Shown here: piece by piece, positions 62,333-64,000 of the stretch
Layout of the letters: each line of letters opens with the position of its first letter
How positions within the stretch are numbered: position 1 is the first letter of the stretch
Assembly (NCBI GenBank): GCA_965217865.1
Contig: CBDCJO010000002.1
Span: forward strand, 768,001 to 832,000
Source: Candidatus Latescibacterota bacterium
GTDB lineage: Bacteria > Latescibacterota > UBA2968 > SICM01
Direction of reading: 5' to 3'
DNA length: 64,000 nt
Program-made: the position numbers and the translations under genes
Notes under the pieces: model-generated
What the model saw: the letters and a program-made list of their open reading frames with translations, nothing else
What the model was told of the DNA's origin: nothing
The model's database searches: none

Positions 62333-64000
62333 TTATTTCCTTTCCCCTGCTCCGAGTATCTCCTCCAGGTAGGATTCATCGACAAGGACCTCCCGGGCTT
62401 TGCTGCCGTCGAATGGTCCGATGATGCCCGTCATCTCAAGCTCATCGACCAACCGGGCAGCCCGGGCATAACCCACCTTCAATCGCCTTTGAAAAAGGGA
62501 TGCAGAGGCTTGCTGATGCATGACGGCGAGTTTAAGAGCCTCATCGTAGAGGGAATCGCGTTCTCGGTCGTCGAAACCGGTCTCCTCTGCCTTGGGTGTC
62601 AAGTCAATCGTCTCCGGGGCCACCCCCTGGGATTTGATGGCATCGACCATCCGCTCGGTTTCCTCGGTGGAGAGATAGGCCCCGTGTACCCGAAGCGGTT
62701 CTGGCTGCCCGGGAGGGAGGTAGAGCATGTCCCCCCGCCCGAGAAGCTTTTCCGCCCCTGATGAGTCGAGAATGGTTCGGGAGTCGATCTTTGAGGCCAC
62801 CTGAAAGGCGATGCGCGCAGGGAAGTTCGCTTTGATCAATCCCGTAACGACATTGACGGAAGGACGCTGTGTGGCCACGATAAGATGGATGCCGACCGCC
62901 CGGGCCATTTGCGCCAATCTACATAATGCTTCCTCAATATCCGCCGGGGCAGTCATCATGAGGTCGGCCAGCTCATCGATGATGACGACGATGTAGGGCA
63001 ACGGTCGGGGGATCTCGCCGTACTCATCGCTTCTCCCACGGGTGAGCAACCCCTTGACTCGGAGGTTGAAGTCATTGATATTGCGAACGCCGACCCGGGC
63101 GAGTCTCTGATAGCGCTCTTCCATCTCACCGACAGTCCACTTGAGGGCTTCGGACGCCTTCTTAGGATCCGTGACCACGGGGGTGAGGAGGTGCGGGATA
63201 TCGTTGTATGCCGAAAGTTCCAGGAATTTCGGGTCGATCAAGACAAGCTTGACCTCATCCGGCATCGCCTTGAACAGGAGGCTGGAAATCAAGACATTTA
63301 TGCAGACGGACTTTCCGGCGCCTGTTGCCCCTGCAATCAGAAGGTGCGGCATTTTGCCCAGGTCTGCACAGTATGGGTCGCCGAAGACGGTTTTGCCGAG
63401 CGCGAGGAGAAGCCGTGATGAGGATTTCTGGAATTCCGGGCTTCCTATGATCTCCTTGAAATAGACGATAGCGGGTTCTGCGTTGGGAATCTCGATACCC
63501 ACAGCACTCTTGCCCGGGATCGGAGCCTGGATCCGAATGCTTCGGGCTTTCATGGTCAACGCAAGGTCGTCGGACAGGGTGACGATGCGATTTACCTTCA
63601 CCCCGGGTGGGGGTTCGACCTCGAAGCTTGTGATCACCGGTCCGGGGGTGACCTGAAGAATACGACCCTCGATCCCGAAGTTAAAAAGGCTGGTTTCTAG
63701 TTTTTGCGCTTCGGCGATCAAGGACTCCCGCTCTGCTTGATTTTGTCCCTCGGGTGGGTCCTCCATCAGTTCGATCGAAGGCAAGTCATAAACCGACCCC
63801 GTCTTTTCAGGGGGTGCGTTTGATTCAAGGGGGTCTCCCGGAGCACCGATGTCCGAGATATCAGCAGATTGCGTTTCCAGAGGGCTTTCGTGTAAACGAT
63901 CGGGTGGGTTTTCAAGAATTTCGTCCTCCACGGAACGGACTCCCCCATGCTCAAATCCGACGGATCGCGGCTCCGGAATATCGGTGTCTCTCAAGGGGCC
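62333..64000 (-). CDS. ftsK: DNA translocase FtsK (C-terminal part; runs off the window)
   Basis: PHLLIAGATGAGKS, IIDELADLMM, ATQRPSV, GAEKLLGRGDML, gamma domain QRRLKVGYARAAR. Confidence 0.97.
   Translation of the reverse strand, partial: GPLRDTDIPEPRSVGFEHGGVRSVEDEILENPPDRLHESPLETQSADISDIGAPGDPLESNAPPEKTGSVYDLPSIELMEDPPEGQNQAERESLIAEAQKLETSLFNFGIEGRILQVTPGPVITSFEVEPPPGVKVNRIVTLSDDLALTMKARSIRIQAPIPGKSAVGIEIPNAEPAIVYFKEIIGSPEFQKSSSRLLLALGKTVFGDPYCADLGKMPHLLIAGATGAGKSVCINVLISSLLFKAMPDEVKLVLIDPKFLELSAYNDIPHLLTPVVTDPKKASEALKWTVGEMEERYQRLARVGVRNINDFNLRVKGLLTRGRSDEYGEIPRPLPYIVVIIDELADLMMTAPADIEEALCRLAQMARAVGIHLIVATQRPSVNVVTGLIKANFPARIAFQVASKIDSRTILDSSGAEKLLGRGDMLYLPPGQPEPLRVHGAYLSTEETERMVDAIKSQGVAPETIDLTPKAEETGFDDRERDSLYDEALKLAVMHQQASASLFQRRLKVGYARAARLVDELEMTGIIGPFDGSKAREVLVDESYLEEILGAGERK

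Overview
GC-rich bacterial chromosomal window; the content (PhyH dioxygenases, sulfatase, enolase-superfamily enzymes, orphan glycoside hydrolases/lyases, heptamer-rich intergenic DNA) resembles Latescibacterota/Poribacteria-type genomes, but that is inference only. 0-10 kb: TPR protein, msrP, SCO and catabolic genes. 10-40 kb: a large catabolic cluster containing an IS110/IS1111 element with a readable bridge-RNA target loop inserted in a REP, an IS3, IS1380 copies whose target duplications indicate a ~17 kb inversion, three diverging PcRGLX/YetA-like paralogues and a GH32 gene bounded by attC-type integron-cassette sites. 43.3-54.3 kb: an 11-kb element carrying a DUF2924 + large serine recombinase operon. 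It sits exactly inside a response-regulator/GGDEF gene (5-bp core GGGGA; the halves rejoin in frame) and carries an Abi-like reverse transcriptase that is itself split by a nested MITE + IS1380. 54.6-64 kb: housekeeping genes (ABC ATPase, MFS, gamma-CA family, nucleoside hydrolase, threonine dehydratase, ftsK). Several 1-nt frameshifts in short homopolymers may be long-read errors. All calls come from reading the sequence by eye; no database searches were run.
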